The translations under genes were made by a program, and so were the position numbers. Source: Phyllobates terribilis (taxonomy: Eukaryota). Taken from it: a stretch of DNA of 64,000 bases. Of the stretch, positions 13,410 through 26,063 are shown piece by piece; position 1 is the stretch's first letter; each line of letters opens with the position of its first letter. Under the pieces are notes generated by a model. That model was not told the origin of the DNA and made no database searches. It saw nothing but the letters and a program-made list of their open reading frames with translations. Where the stretch lies: positions 63,984,001 to 64,048,000 of the forward strand of contig NW_027362772.1 in NCBI RefSeq assembly GCF_046119375.1. Direction: 5' to 3'.

Positions 13410-14550
13410 AGGGGTGTTCCGAAGGCAAAATCATTTTGCTTCTAACTTCCTATCTATTTGATACTATAATCTAAGCTATTTTCTAATATACTTGCTTTAA
13501 AAGTTCCCAGTGATGTCACTTTTGGGGGTGACGCTAGTCTCCTGCACCACTGGGTATAGTGACACCGCTCTGTTCCCAGCTTATCACTATTCATCTAAGC
13601 AGACAACAGAGCGCACACGGGAGACAGCGCCCTGTGTACATTGCACAGAGGAGACAGCGCACGGGGGACACAGCAGGGACAACACAGACCCTGAAACAGC
13701 CGTCACTAATGATGCTTCAGCCCTCTGCTTTGATGACACTTTGTTTCAGGGAGGGGGCAGGGACTGTGACAGTGACCGCAGTCTCTGCCACCTGCTCTGA
13801 TGACGCTTCATTTCAAGGAGGGGGCAGGGGCTGTGACAGTGACCGCAGCCTCTGCCTCCTGCTCTGATGACCCTTCGTTTCAGGGAGGGGCAGGGGCGGT
13901 GACAGTGACCGCAGCCTCTGCCTCCTGCTCTGATGACCCTTCTTTTCAGGGAGGGGCAGGGGCGGTGACAGTGACCGCAGCCTCTGCCTCCTGCTCTGAT
14001 GACCCTTCTTTTCAGGGAGGGGCAGGGGCGGTGACAGTGACCGCAGCCTCTGCCTCCTGCTCTGATGACCCTTCGTTTCAGGGAGGGGCAGGGGCGGTGA
14101 CAGTGACCGCAACCTCTGCCTCCTGCTCTGATAACCCTTCTTTTCAGGTAGGGGCAGGGGCGGTGACAGTGACCACAGCCTCTGCCTCCTGCTCTGATGA
14201 CCCTTCTTTTCAGGGAGGGGCAGGGGCGGTGACAGTGACCGAAGCCTCTGCCTCCTGCTCTGATGACCCTTCGTTTCAGGGAGGGGCAGGGGCGGTGACA
14301 GTGACCGCAGCCGCTGCCCCTTGCTCTGATGATGCTTCGTTTCAGAGAGGGTTGTAACTGGGCATGCACTGGGATACTGAAATGAATTGTAATCACACAG
14401 GAAGTTGGGAAAAAAATACAATAGCTGTTAGTATAGTTAGGGAACGTTAGTGAATTTTTAAAGCAAGTATATTAGAAAAAAAGCTTAGATTATAGCATCA
14501 AATAAATAGGGAGTTTTAAGAAAAAATGACTCTGCCTTCGGACTACCCCT
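13410..14550. mobile_element. T2/Kolobok-type non-autonomous element carrying an internal 66-bp tandem array
   Basis: TTAA|aggggtgttccgaaggca ... tgccttcggactacccct|TTAA; about 90-bp inverted arms (ttttctaatatacttgcttt / aaagcaagtatattagaaaa). Confidence 0.88.
13727..14345. repeat. 66-bp minisatellite, about 9 copies
   Basis: gctctgatga recurs at 13861 and 13927; gives 22-aa periodic spurious ORFs. Confidence 0.95.
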
Positions 14551-15182
14551 TTAAACCACAGCTTTGGTAGAATGGAGGCAGAAATGAAAACACTAAATAT
14601 GCGATAAGTTTATAGAGGTTATACCTCTTACAGGGCTATGTACTTAGTTTATACCATTGGTTTGCGCTGACAAGACTCTCTTTAAGAACATTTTAAAGAC
14701 TGTAACTGGATAACCCCTTTAAGCACCATTACAGTTAAAGTTGATTTATATAAAAGTAGATTATTACTCCATATAAGGAGGACTGGTGGTATAACTGATA
14801 TCAGTAATAGAAGTAATATCATAGGCTACATTATCACTAGTGTCAACTGTGCAGCACCCAAGGTTATTGGGCCCCAATCCACTGTGATAGTAATTGTAAG
14901 AAAAGTTATGGGTCTTACTGGTAATAAGTTATGTGCACTGGTGATTGTGATTTTACATGATAAATTGTCCATTGATTCACAGTTCTTGGCATTGTCTAAA
15001 TTCAGACACTTAAATGACCCATCAATTGAACACCACATGTACAGAATACATGTCATAACCCAAATTTGCACCACTTTACATGTTATATCGGTGTAAAGTA
15101 AAACTAAAATAACCTCAAAGTAATTGTAGCAATTAATACCAACACAAAGCTGAGTATATACAATAGTCACCTAATAGCTATC

Positions 15183-15580
15183 AATACTAACCAAAGAAAA
15201 TAGTGCTCTAAAGTTTCATAAATAAATTATTTTATTAAAGTAAATACAATAATAAACAACTAAAAATAAATAGATAAGGCAGAGTAACCCAATGGAGAAC
15301 CATAAAAAGCAAGTGTGTACAAAAAGTAATACAAGTTAGTTATTAAATAGTGTACAGTATATCCCAGTGCCTATTATAGGGTATATCCTTATGAACTATG
15401 TGAAGTCAGCATGTTTTTTTGTGTTAAAGGCAACACTTACATCTAGTGACAAAGAAATGGGATAGTTGCTGTGCGGTCCAGGTGCCCCAATGCGCGTTTC
15501 ACCTTAGCTTCGTCAGGGGGCATGTAGTTGAATAAAATAATTTATGAGTATTTAGAGCACTATTTTCTTTGGTTGGTATT
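15183..15580 (-). mobile_element. Penelope-like element terminal relic with inverted ends
   Basis: About 50-bp inverted repeats (15183-15236 / 15531-15580) enclosing a hammerhead-like motif, an arrangement typical of PLE pseudo-LTR tails. Confidence 0.55.
15483..15522 (-). ncRNA. Minimal type I hammerhead ribozyme-like motif, probably decayed
   Basis: Minus strand: UGCCCC-CUGACGA-A-GC(UAAG)GU-GAAA-CGCGCAUU-GGGGCA. It has a 6-bp stem I, the conserved core and a near-palindromic stem III. Confidence 0.6.
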
Positions 15581-15978
15581 TATACATGTGAAATTAGTAG
15601 ATGTATGCACACTTTTCAGTACCTAACTCTGGCTGCTTTATCATCTGTTCGTTTACAGAGATCGTTGTTGCCAGTGCTTCATTAATTGTCTGCGTTGCTT
15701 CATATATTTTTAATTTACATTTCTGAAATGCTTGATCATTTCAACTTTTAAGTCCCACTCTACCCAAGAGCCCTGCACTTAAATTTCCCAGAAACAACCT
15801 AATTTAATTCAAATTAACATTGTCACTTTAAAGGGATTGTCCCATGAATATTTATCACATCTCCAGGGTAGTTAGGGTGAGGCCTTACCAATCACTAGAA
15901 TGGGGGGACGGAGTTCCTTTTTGGAATGAAGCAGCAGAACTGAGTACATCGCTTCATTTTTACTCTTCCTCACTGTAA

Positions 15979-16172
15979 GGCCACGTTCACACATTCAGTA
16001 TTTGGTCAGTATTTTACATCAGTATTTGTAAGCCAAGTCCAGGAGTGGGTGATAAATACAGAAGTGGTGACGTGTTTCTATTATACTTTTACTCTGATTG
16101 TTCCTCTCCTGATTTTGGCTTACAAATACTGATGTAAAATACTGACCAAATACTGAATGTGTGAACTCTGCC
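15979..16172. mobile_element. PIF/Harbinger-type palindromic MITE
   Basis: TAA|ggccacgttcacacattcagtatttggtcag ... ctgaccaaatactgaatgtgtgaactctgcc|TAA; 3-bp TWA TSD. Confidence 0.88.
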
Positions 16173-17808
16173 TAAACTTTCTGTGAGAAGAGATGGGGGG
16201 AAGTCAGGACTCACAGGCTAGTAATCATGGGTGCCCTATTGATTGGATTTTTTGAGCCCTATAACAATTAAAATACTTAAAACGGCAGAGTTTTACACTA
16301 ATCCATCGCCACTCTTCAGTGCTGTTGCTGGGGATGAAGTGTGACCACTGCAGCCAGTCATTGGCCACAGTGAATCAATGGCTTCAGAAATGACCAACAT
16401 GTCACTTTTTTGTGGCCAGTAATCGGCTGCAGAGGTCATGCGCGATCCCTGCCAGAAAAGAAAGCGAAAATGAGGAACCTCAGAAGTCTGGGGAATCTGA
16501 AGGTGTTTTTTTTTTTTTTTTAAATCCCCTTAAATCATATTTTCTTTTAATTTTTAACCCCTTTAAATCATCTATAATAATAAATCTGCTTAGTTGTAAA
16601 ATAAGACCCTGTAAAAACAAAACATACGACAGATGTTTTCATTCCTGACTGCATCTTGATTGATGTATATATGTGACTATACCCCCAGACTTTGCCAGGA
16701 CACCCAAAACAAACACATTTATAGGTATGAAAAATAGATACAATAAATATAAAGTGTATATTGCAGTGGCTTCTTATTCACCTTTTTGGCCTTAACTTTA
16801 AAAAAAAAGGCGTAGAAACACTTTAACCAGGCGCCCAATAATGAAAATGTACATCTAGGACGGTTATCAGTTTATGCCCATTTCGGACATGCTGTCAGTA
16901 ATATTCCAGATTACTGAGCACATACAACGTTCCTGCTTTCTTTTACCAGTAAACAGCATGGAACTGGTAAAACGTTATCATCTACAGGCTGGACGAGGAG
17001 CTGTGCTAAACGCAGCTCTCAACATTGGAGAATCGCTCACTTCCATTGCAACCAATTGATGCCCGGTGATTTTAATGGGAACCCTGGTGCTGCCGCAGGG
17101 AAAATTAGTATCAGTGTTATAATTTCCCGTTGATGCCAGCTGATCGTAAAAGGATTAAGCAGCCGGGCCACCTCAATCAGCCGGTGTCTGGGGCCCCCCA
17201 AAATATGAATAGAGGTGGTCCAAACCCGACTGGTAAAGTTTCCTTAGCTATCTACAATCACATCTCTTGTTGAAAACCTTGGCGTGTGCGCGATTAGATT
17301 ATGCCACAAGCTGATACGCACGCTGCGCTTTATCATTCCAGCCGCTTTTAGTAGTACCACATAGACAAATTAGTATACTTATGTCTGATGGGTAGAGGCG
17401 TGATGGATGTGTGAAATGGCACTATACAGCCAAGATATACAGCGAGGAAGCTGATGGACCCTCCGTTTTTTTTTTTGTGTTTTTTTTTTAATTTTTATTT
17501 TTGATCTGCCACTTTTGGGAGCAAAAATTATAAAACATGACAAGCGCAGGTTCAGAAAAATGTAATGACAATTATTTTAGCAAACCTGAGTCGGGTATTA
17601 CATGTAAAATTAATGGGCTTGTCTGGTTTAGAAAACCAATTTTTTTTTATTAATACTATTATTTTAATGATATAGTTATATGTTGGAGTCTTCCACACAG
17701 TATCCTCATTTATTAGATGGTTACTGTGGGTGTCCCCCATTGATTTCAAGGAGTAATCCACTACTATGATATTAATGATGATATTAATGATCTTTCATTA
17801 GTATAGAT

Positions 17809-20317
17809 CAGGGATGTCAAACTCAAACACACAGAGAGCCAAAATTAAAATCTTGGACAAAGTCACTGGCCAACCAGTATACAGTATAATGGGCCCCACA
17901 TAGTCCTCCATACAGTATAATGGGCCCCACATAGTCCTCCATACAGTATAATGGCCCCACATAGTCCTCCATACAGTATAATGGTCGCACATAGTCCTCT
18001 ATACAGTATAATGGCCCCCACATAGTCCTCCATACAGTATAATAGGCCCCACATAGTCCTCCATACAATATAATGGCCCCACATAGTCCTCCATACAGTA
18101 TAATGGCCCCACATAGTCCTCCATACAGTATAATGGCCCCCACATAGTCCTCTATACAGAATAATGTTCCCCACATAGTCCTCCATACAGAATAATGGGC
18201 CCCACATAGTCCTCCATACAGAATAATGTTCCCCATATAGTCCGTCATACAGTATAATGGCCCCCACATAGTCCTCCATACAGTATAATGGCCCCCACAT
18301 AGTCCCCCATATAGTATAATGGCCCCACATAGTCCTTCATACAGTATAATGGCCCCACATAGTCCTCCATACAGAATAATGGCCCCCACATAGTCCTCTA
18401 TACAGAATAATGGGCCCCACATAGTCCTCCATACAGAATAATGTTCCCCACATAGCCCCCCATACAGTATAATGGCCCCCACATAGTCCTCCATACAGTA
18501 TAATGGCCCCCACATAGTCCCCCATACAGTATAATGGGCCCCACATAGTCCCCATTACAGAATAATTTTCCCCACATAGTTCTTCATACAATATAATGGC
18601 CCCACATAGTCCCCCATACAGTATAATGGCCCCCACATAGTCCTCCATACAGTATTATGGCCCCACATAGTCCTCCATACAGTATAATGTTCCCCACATA
18701 GTCGCCCATACAGTATAATGGCCCCACATAGTCCCCCATACAGTATAATGGCCCCACATAGTCCCTCATACAGTATAATGGCCCCCACATAGTCCTCCAT
18801 ACAGTATAATGGCCCCCACATAGTCCCCCATACAGTATAATGTTCCCCACATATTCCTCCATACAGTATAATGGCCCCCACATAGTCCTCCATACAGAAT
18901 AATGTTCCCCACATAGTTCTTCATACAGTATAATGTCCCCACATAGTCCTCCATACAGTATAATGTGTCCCACATAGTCCTCCATGTAGTATAATGGCCC
19001 CGCATAGTCGCCCATACAGTATAATGGCCCCACATAGTCCTCCATACAGTATAATGGCCCCCACATAGTCCTCTATACAGAATAATGTTCCCCACATAGT
19101 CCTCCATACAGAATAATGGGCCCCACATAGTCCTCCATACAGTATAATGGTCGCACATAGTCCTCCATACAGTATAATGGCCCCCACATAGTCCTCCATA
19201 CAGTATAATAGGCCCCACATAGTCCTCCATACAATATAATGGCCCCACATAGTCCTCCATGCAGTATAATGGCCCCACATAGTCCTCCATACAGTATAAT
19301 GGCCCCCACATAGTCCTCTATGCAGAATAATGTTCCCCACATAGTCCTCCATACAGAATAATGGGCCCCACATAGTCCTCCATACAGAATAATGTTCCCC
19401 ATATAGTCCCTCATACAGTATAATGGCCCCCACATAATCCTCCATACAGTATAATGGCCCCCACATAGTCCCCCATATAGTATAGTGGCCCCACATATTC
19501 CTTCATACAGTATAATGGCCCCACATAGTCCTCCATACAGAATAATGGCCCCCACATAGTCCTCTATAGAGAATAATGGGCCCCACATAGTCCTCCATAC
19601 AGAATAATGTTCCCCACATAGCCCCCCATACAGTATAATGGCCCCCACATAGTCCCCCATACAGTATAATGGCCCCCACATAGTCCTCCATACAGTATAA
19701 TGGCCCCCACATAGTCCCCCATACAGTATAATGTTCCCCACATATTCATCAATACAGTATAATGGCCCCCACATAGTCCTCCATACAGAATAATGTTCCC
19801 CACATAGTTCTTCATACAGTATAATGGCCCCACATAGTTCTCCATACAGTATAATGTGTCCCACATAGTCCTCCATATAGTATAATGGCCCCACATAGTC
19901 GCCCATACAGTATAATGGCCCCACATAGTCCCCCATACAGTATAATGGCCCCACATAGTTCCCCATACAGTATAATGGCCCCCACATAGTCCTCCATACA
20001 GTATAATGGCCACACATAGTCCCCCATACAGAATGTTCCCCACATAGTCCTCCATACAGTATAATGTGTCCCACATAGTCCTCCATACAGTACAATGGGC
20101 CCCACATAGTCCTCCATACAGTATAACGTGCACCACATAGTCCTCCATACAGTATAATGGCCCCCACATAGTCCTCCATACTGTATAATGGCCCCCACAT
20201 AGTCCTCCATACAGTATAATGGCCCCACATAGTCCTCCATACAGAATGGTGTCACGGACCAAATATAACCACCTGGCAGGCCAGATTTGCCCCACAGGCC
20301 AGAGTTTAACATGAATG
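17809..20317. mobile_element. hAT (Charlie-like) non-autonomous element filled by a minisatellite
   Basis: Left end cagggatgtcaaactc, right end gagtttaacatgaatg; flanks gtatagat / atgtagat fit the NTNTAGAN target pattern. Confidence 0.7.
17878..20245. repeat. 30-31-bp minisatellite, about 77 copies
   Basis: Unit tacagtataatggccccacatagtcctcca with variable C-runs. Confidence 0.97.
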
Positions 20318-20810
20318 ATGTAGATCACCAATATCAGTTTGGTGGGAGTCCAAAGCACAACACCCCCACCAGTCAGCTCTTAACAGGTCCGGATGTAAAC
20401 AGTGTACACTACTGTGCCATCTCACTATTTAATGGATGCTGCTTATCTGTTTGGGATATGTAATGCTTAATTTTTCATCTTGATGTTACTGAAGGGCGTT
20501 AAATATTTGCTACCAGGTACTTCCACAAATTACAACAAATAGCTTTATTATTAAGGGAGTTGACCTAAGATCGCTAGGACTTGCCGAGAATGGGTGCGCA
20601 TCACTGCCACTCCAATTGAAACTCTATGGCACTGCTAAATGTAGACGAGAGCTTGAAAATAAGGTCAGTGCGAATACTCAACCATAGCTCCACTAAAGCA
20701 GGGGACTCGGGACCCCCATTCTGATGTTTTGGTGAGATCAGACACTTACCATGCATAGATTTGGATGGTGACAAATTTTGATCTTTGACCAACCCCTTTA
20801 AATAATTTAA

Positions 20811-21260
20811 AGAGTAACCGTCTTTTTTATTTCATAAATGAAAAATAAACAACTTTGTAATATATCTTCTCAGAGAAATCTGCTTCTTTCTCCTCCTGGA
20901 CTGACATTTTACTCTCTTTTTGGGAGTAAAATCTGTATTCAGTGAAGACTCCGACTTTTAAGATAAGAGATGACAGTTGGTGTTTATAAAATTTTATGAA
21001 GAAGGGAGAAGCTAGAGGCAGACACAGATGTACTGAAGCAAGAGTTACAGTCCTCCATAGAACTTTATGAGCACCAACTGTTATCTCCTATCTCAGTAAT
21101 AGGGAAGTCTGTATTTACTGAAGACACATTTCTCCTCCTGGACAGACTCTTTCTGATCATTCTATGAGGAGCAGATTTCTCTAATAAAATATAATAAAAA
21201 AATCTTTTATTTTCATGTGTACTATTGATTTCTGAAAAAAAATAAAGTGACGGCTGCTCT
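20811..21260. mobile_element. T2/Kolobok-type MITE
   Basis: TTAA|agagtaaccgtc ... gacggctgctct|TTAA; internal inverted blocks (agatgacagttggtg / caccaactgttatct). Confidence 0.75.
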
Positions 21261-21295
21261 TTAACATTTTTATCACTATCTACTTTTTTAATATA

Positions 21296-22925
21296 CAGTA
21301 CAGACCAAAAGTTTGGACACACCTTCTCATTTAAAGATTTTTCTGTATTTTCATGACTATGAAAATTGAACATTCACACTGAAGGCAGCAAAACTATGAA
21401 TTAACACATGTGGAATTATATAGCTAACAAAAAAATGTGAAACAACTGAAAATATGTCTTATAATCTAGGTTCTTCAAAGTAGCCACCTTTTGCTTTGAT
21501 GACTGCTTTGCACACTCTTGGCATTCTTTTGATGAGCTTCAAGAGGTAGTCACCGGAAATGGTCTTCCAACAATCTTGAAGGAGTTCCCAGAGATGCTTA
21601 GCACTTGTTGGCCCTTTTGCCTTCACTCTGAGGTCCAGCTCACCCCAAACCATCTCAATTGGGTTCAGGTCTGGTGACTGTGGAGGCCAGGTCATTTGGC
21701 GTAGCACCCCATCACTCTCGTTCTTGGTCAAATAGCCCTTACACAGCCTGGAGGTGTGTTTGGGGTCATTGTCCTGTTGAAAAATAAATGATGGTCCAAC
21801 TAAATGCAAACCGGATGGAATAGCATGCCGCTGCAAGATGCTGTGGTAGCCATGCTGGTTCAGTATGCCTTCAATTTTGAATAAATCCCCAACAGTGTCA
21901 CCAGCAAAGCACCCCCACACCATCACACCTCCTCCTCCATGCTTCACGGTGGAAACCAGGCATGTAGAGTCCATCCGTTCACCTTTTCTGCGTCGCACAA
22001 AGACACGGTGGTTGGAACCAAAGATCTCAAATTTGGACTCATCAGACCAAAGCACAGATTTCCACTGGTCTAATGTCCATTCCTTGTGTTCTTTAGTCCA
22101 AACAAGTCTCTTCTGCTTGTTGCCTGTCCTTAGCAGTGGTTTCCTAGCAGCTATTTTAACATGAAGGCCTGCTGCACAAAGTCTCCTCTTGGCAGTTGTT
22201 GAAGAGATGTGTCTGCTGCTAGAACTCTGTGTGACATTGACCTGGTCTCTAATCTGAGCTGCGCTTAACCTGTGATTTCTGAGGCTGGTGACTCGGATAA
22301 TCTTATCCTCAGAAGCAGAGGTGACTCTTGGTCCTCTTTTCCTGGGGCGGTCCTCAAGTGAGCCAGTTTCTTTGTAGCGATTTATGGTTTTTGCAACTGC
22401 ACTTGGGGACACTTTCAAAGTTTTCCCAATTTTTCGCATTGACTGACCTTCATTTCTTAAAGTAATGATAGCCACTCATTTTTCTTTACTTAGCTGCTTT
22501 TTTCTTGCCATAATACAAATTCTAACAGTCTATTCAGGAGGACTATCAGCTGTGTATCCACCTGACTTCTGCACAACACAACTGATGGTCCCAACCCCAT
22601 TTATAAGGCAAGAAATCCCACTTATTAAACCTGACAGGGCACACCTGTGAAGTGAAAACCATTTCCGGTGACTACCTCTTGAAGCTCATCAAGAGAATGC
22701 AAAGAGTGTGCAAAGCAGCCATCAAAACAAAAGGTGGCTACTTTGAAGAACCTAGAATATAAGACATATTTTCAGTTGTTTCACACTTTTTTGTTAAGTA
22801 TATAATTCCACATGTGTTAATTCATAGTTTTGATGCCTTCAGTGTGAATGTACAATTTTCAAAGTTATGAAAATACAGAAAAATCTTTAAATGAGAAGGT
22901 GTGTCCAAACTTTTGGTCTGTACTG
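21296..22925 (-). mobile_element. Full-length Tc1-superfamily transposon, DD38E (Intruder-type), 1630 bp
   Basis: TA TSD both sides; 268-bp TIRs (21296-21563, 22658-22925) starting cagtacagaccaaaagtttggacacac; transposase on the minus strand. Confidence 0.95.
21459..22511 (-). pseudogene. DD38E transposase, 350 codons, single premature TGA at codon 12
   Basis: ATG GCA AGA AAA AAG CAG CTA AGT AAA GAA AAA TGA GTG..., then open to EEPRL*. Motifs WSDESKF, FQQDNDPKH and SPDLNPIE, with 38 residues between the second D and E. The ORF-track start at 22475 is a GTG just after the stop. Confidence 0.9.
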
Positions 22926-23460
22926 TATATATATTACATTTTATGCAGGTGCAAGTTACAGTACGAATGTGAAAAATACGTAATTATCATTTTCTTCTTC
23001 ATCTGTCTACAAACACCTGGCTCTTAGTGACAGAACTGAAGGCAACGCTGTGTTTTTTTTTTTTTTGTTGGTTTTTTTTTAGTAAAGGTAATAATGTTAC
23101 AATTGTTCGAGAGCAACAAAAGATGACATTGATCTGTGTAGAAAATATTTTCTTTATGTCGTACGAAGAAGTTTGTTTCTCAGTTGAGACCAAATGGAAG
23201 TGACTTCAGTGTCGAGGCTGCCTGCATTAGATCCTCACAAAGGTGAAGGGAAGGAGCCTTGAAGACGGCTGTGCTCTCTTACTTATGTTTATAACACAAT
23301 ACTACAAGAAAGGTAACATTGTGGCAACTTTAAATGGAAGCTGTTGCTTGTTCTACTTAGTGCCCAGTGTACTTTTAATATTGTTTATTTTCCTGCAGAT
23401 TGATGTCTTTTTCTTTTGCAGTTTGAGCATAGAATTTGAGTGGGTGTGATTATTTCCTAC

Positions 23461-23905
23461 GGCCCCACTATCAGTATTTGGTCAGTATTCGGTCAGTATT
23501 TGTTATGCAAATTAAAAGCTGCGTTTTATAGTACCAGCAAAAGCTATGAGATTTCAGAAATCTCATGCACACACATTGGTTTTTTTTCTTGACTGATTTG
23601 GAAAACCTATGCCTTTTTGAAAACTGCAGCAAGTCACTTCTTTCAGCGTTTTTTTGCAGCGTTTTTTCACCCATAGAAAACAGAGTAAATGCAAAAAAGC
23701 AGCAAAAACGCAGGTATCGGGTTTTGCTGCATTTTTGGTGCAGAAAACTCAGGGACAACAGGCACTAAACTGTTAGCATGAAAAATGCAGCAAAAAAAAT
23801 GCTGTAAAACCTGCATTTTTTTAATCAACTTCTTAACTGTCAAGAAAGCAGGTTTTGCCTGCAGAAAAAAACGCAGAAAAAATGCAACGTGTGAATAAAG
23901 ACTTA
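23461..23905. mobile_element. Degenerate Harbinger-type MITE(s)
   Basis: ggccccactatcagtatttggtcagtatt start, aaaaacgc/gcgttttt inverted tracts, gtgtgaa end; related to the elements at 15979 and 43288. Confidence 0.5.
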
Positions 23906-24002
23906 TGTATATTTCTGAGAACATTATTATTATTGGAGGTGACATAATTTTACAAGTAGTGTTATATTGTGGCATGTGTTAAAAACTGGGTTACGTTATA
24001 TA

Positions 24003-25570
24003 CAAGTGCTTCTCACTAAGTTAGAATATCATCAAAAAGTTAATTTATTTCAGTTCTTCAATGCAAAAAGTAAAACTCATATATTATATAGAGTCATTAC
24101 AAACAGAGTGATCTATTTCAAGTGTATATTTCTGTTAGTGTTGATGATTATGGCTTACAGGCAATGAAAACACAAAAGTCATTATCTCAGTAAATTAGAA
24201 TACTTTATAACAGCTTGAAAAGTGTTTTAAAATCCGAAATGTTGTCCTACTGAAATGTATGTTCAGTAAATGCCCTCAATACTTGGTCGGGGCTCCTTTT
24301 GCATCAATTACTGCATCAATGCGGCAATGTGGCATGGAGGCGATCAGCCTGTGGCACCGCTGAGGTGTTGTGGAAGCCCAGGTTGCTTTGATAGCAGCCT
24401 TCAGCTCGTCTGCATTGTTGGGTCTGGGGTCTCTCATCTTCCTCTTGACATTACCCCATAGATTCTCTATAATAGATTCTCTATGGGGTTAAGGTCAGGT
24501 GAGTTTGCTGCCAATCAAGCACAGTGATACTGTTGTTTGTAAACCAGGTGTTGGTACTTTGGGCAGTGTGGACAGGGGCCAAGTCCTGCTGGAGAATGAC
24601 ATTTCCATCTCCAAAAAGCTTGTCGGCAGAGGGAAGCATGAAGTGCTCTAAAATTTCCTGGTAGACGGCTGCACTGACTTTGGTCTTGATAAAACACAGT
24701 GGACCTACACCAGCAGATGACATGGCTCCCCAAACCATCACTGATTGTGGAAACTTCACACTAGACCTCCAGCAGCTTGGATTGTGGCCTCTCCACTCTT
24801 CCTCCAGACTCTGGGACCTTGATTTCCAAATGAAATGCAAAATTTACTTTCATCTGAAAACAACACCTTGGACCACTGAGCAGCAGTCCAGGTCTTTCTC
24901 CTTGGCTCAGGTAAGACGCTTCTGGAGTTGTCTATTGGTCATGAGTGGCTTGACACAAAGAATGCGACACTTGTAGCCCATGTCCTGGATACGTCTGTGT
25001 GTGGTGGCTCTTGAAGCAATGACTCCAGCAGCAGTCCACTCCTTGTGAATCTCCCCCCATATTTTTGAATGACCTTTTCTTAACTATCCTTTCAAGGCTG
25101 CGGTTATCCCGGTTGCTTGTGCACCTTTTTCTATCATACTTTTTCCTTCCACTCAACTTTCCATTAATATACTTGTATACAGCACACTGTGAACAGCCAG
25201 CTTCTTTAGCAATGACCTTTTGTGGCTTACCCTCCTTGTGGAGTGTGTCAATGACTGCCTTCTGGACATCTGTCAAGTCAGCAGTCTTCCCCATGATTGT
25301 GGAGCCTACTGAAACAAACTAAGGGACCTTTTTAAACGCATTGGAAGTCTTTGCAGGTGTTTTTGTTAATTATTCCAATTTATTGAGATAATGACTTTTG
25401 TGTTTTCATTGGCTGTAAGCCATAATCATCAACATTAACAGAAATAAACACTTGAAATAGATCACTCTGTTGGTAATGACTCTATATAATATATCAGTTT
25501 CACTTTTTGTATTGAAGAACTGAAATAAATTAACTTTTTGATGATATTCTAATTTAGTGAGAAGCACTTG
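24003..25570 (-). mobile_element. Full-length Tc1 (DD34E) transposon with frameshifted transposase; Passport/Eagle-like from memory
   Basis: TA|caagtgcttctcac ... gtgagaagcacttg|TA, about 200-bp TIRs. Fragments MGKTADLTDVQKAVIDTLHKEGKPQKVIAKEAGCSQ and VMVWGAMSSAGVGPL...QQDLAPVH lie in different frames. Confidence 0.92.
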
Positions 25571-26063
25571 TAGCTAAAATGATGCATACATTTTTTTGGA
25601 GTGAACTTTTACATCCACCCAGACATCCCATTGATTTTAATGGGCACTATGCATTGCTTTCTTTTTCCTGCAATAATGCTGGAGGGAAATTGTACATTTG
25701 CTGATGAATTTCCACGAAAATTTTGTGCTATTCTTCTGGTTACTCTGTGATCAGCGTATTTCTGGAGGATCGTCAAAGTGAACAAACGGTTTAGAGTAAA
25801 AAAAAAAAAATATTAAAAATAAATATCAATATTAGGACTTATGTTTGAACACCATAAAAAAGGAATATTTGAGGGACCTTTTAAATGTTTAAACCTTACC
25901 CATTTATTTAGATGAGACCGGCTGACCAGGTGATGTTTATGGGAGTTCCTGACACTCCCTTGACTGATGATTTTGAAGGAGAGAAGGATTGGGAGGTTTG
26001 ATATTTCTACTCCTGAACCTTTTTTTTTTTTGAGGGGAGATAATCTGTGTAATAGCAGCTGTC

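Noticed and set aside
13746-14421. 185-216-aa ORFs on both strands
   Set aside because: Products of the 66-bp array inside a MITE.
17823-20358. Many 100-385-aa minus-strand ORFs (MWGPLYCMEDYVG...)
   Set aside because: Translation of the 30-bp minisatellite; frames shift with unit length and there is no domain.
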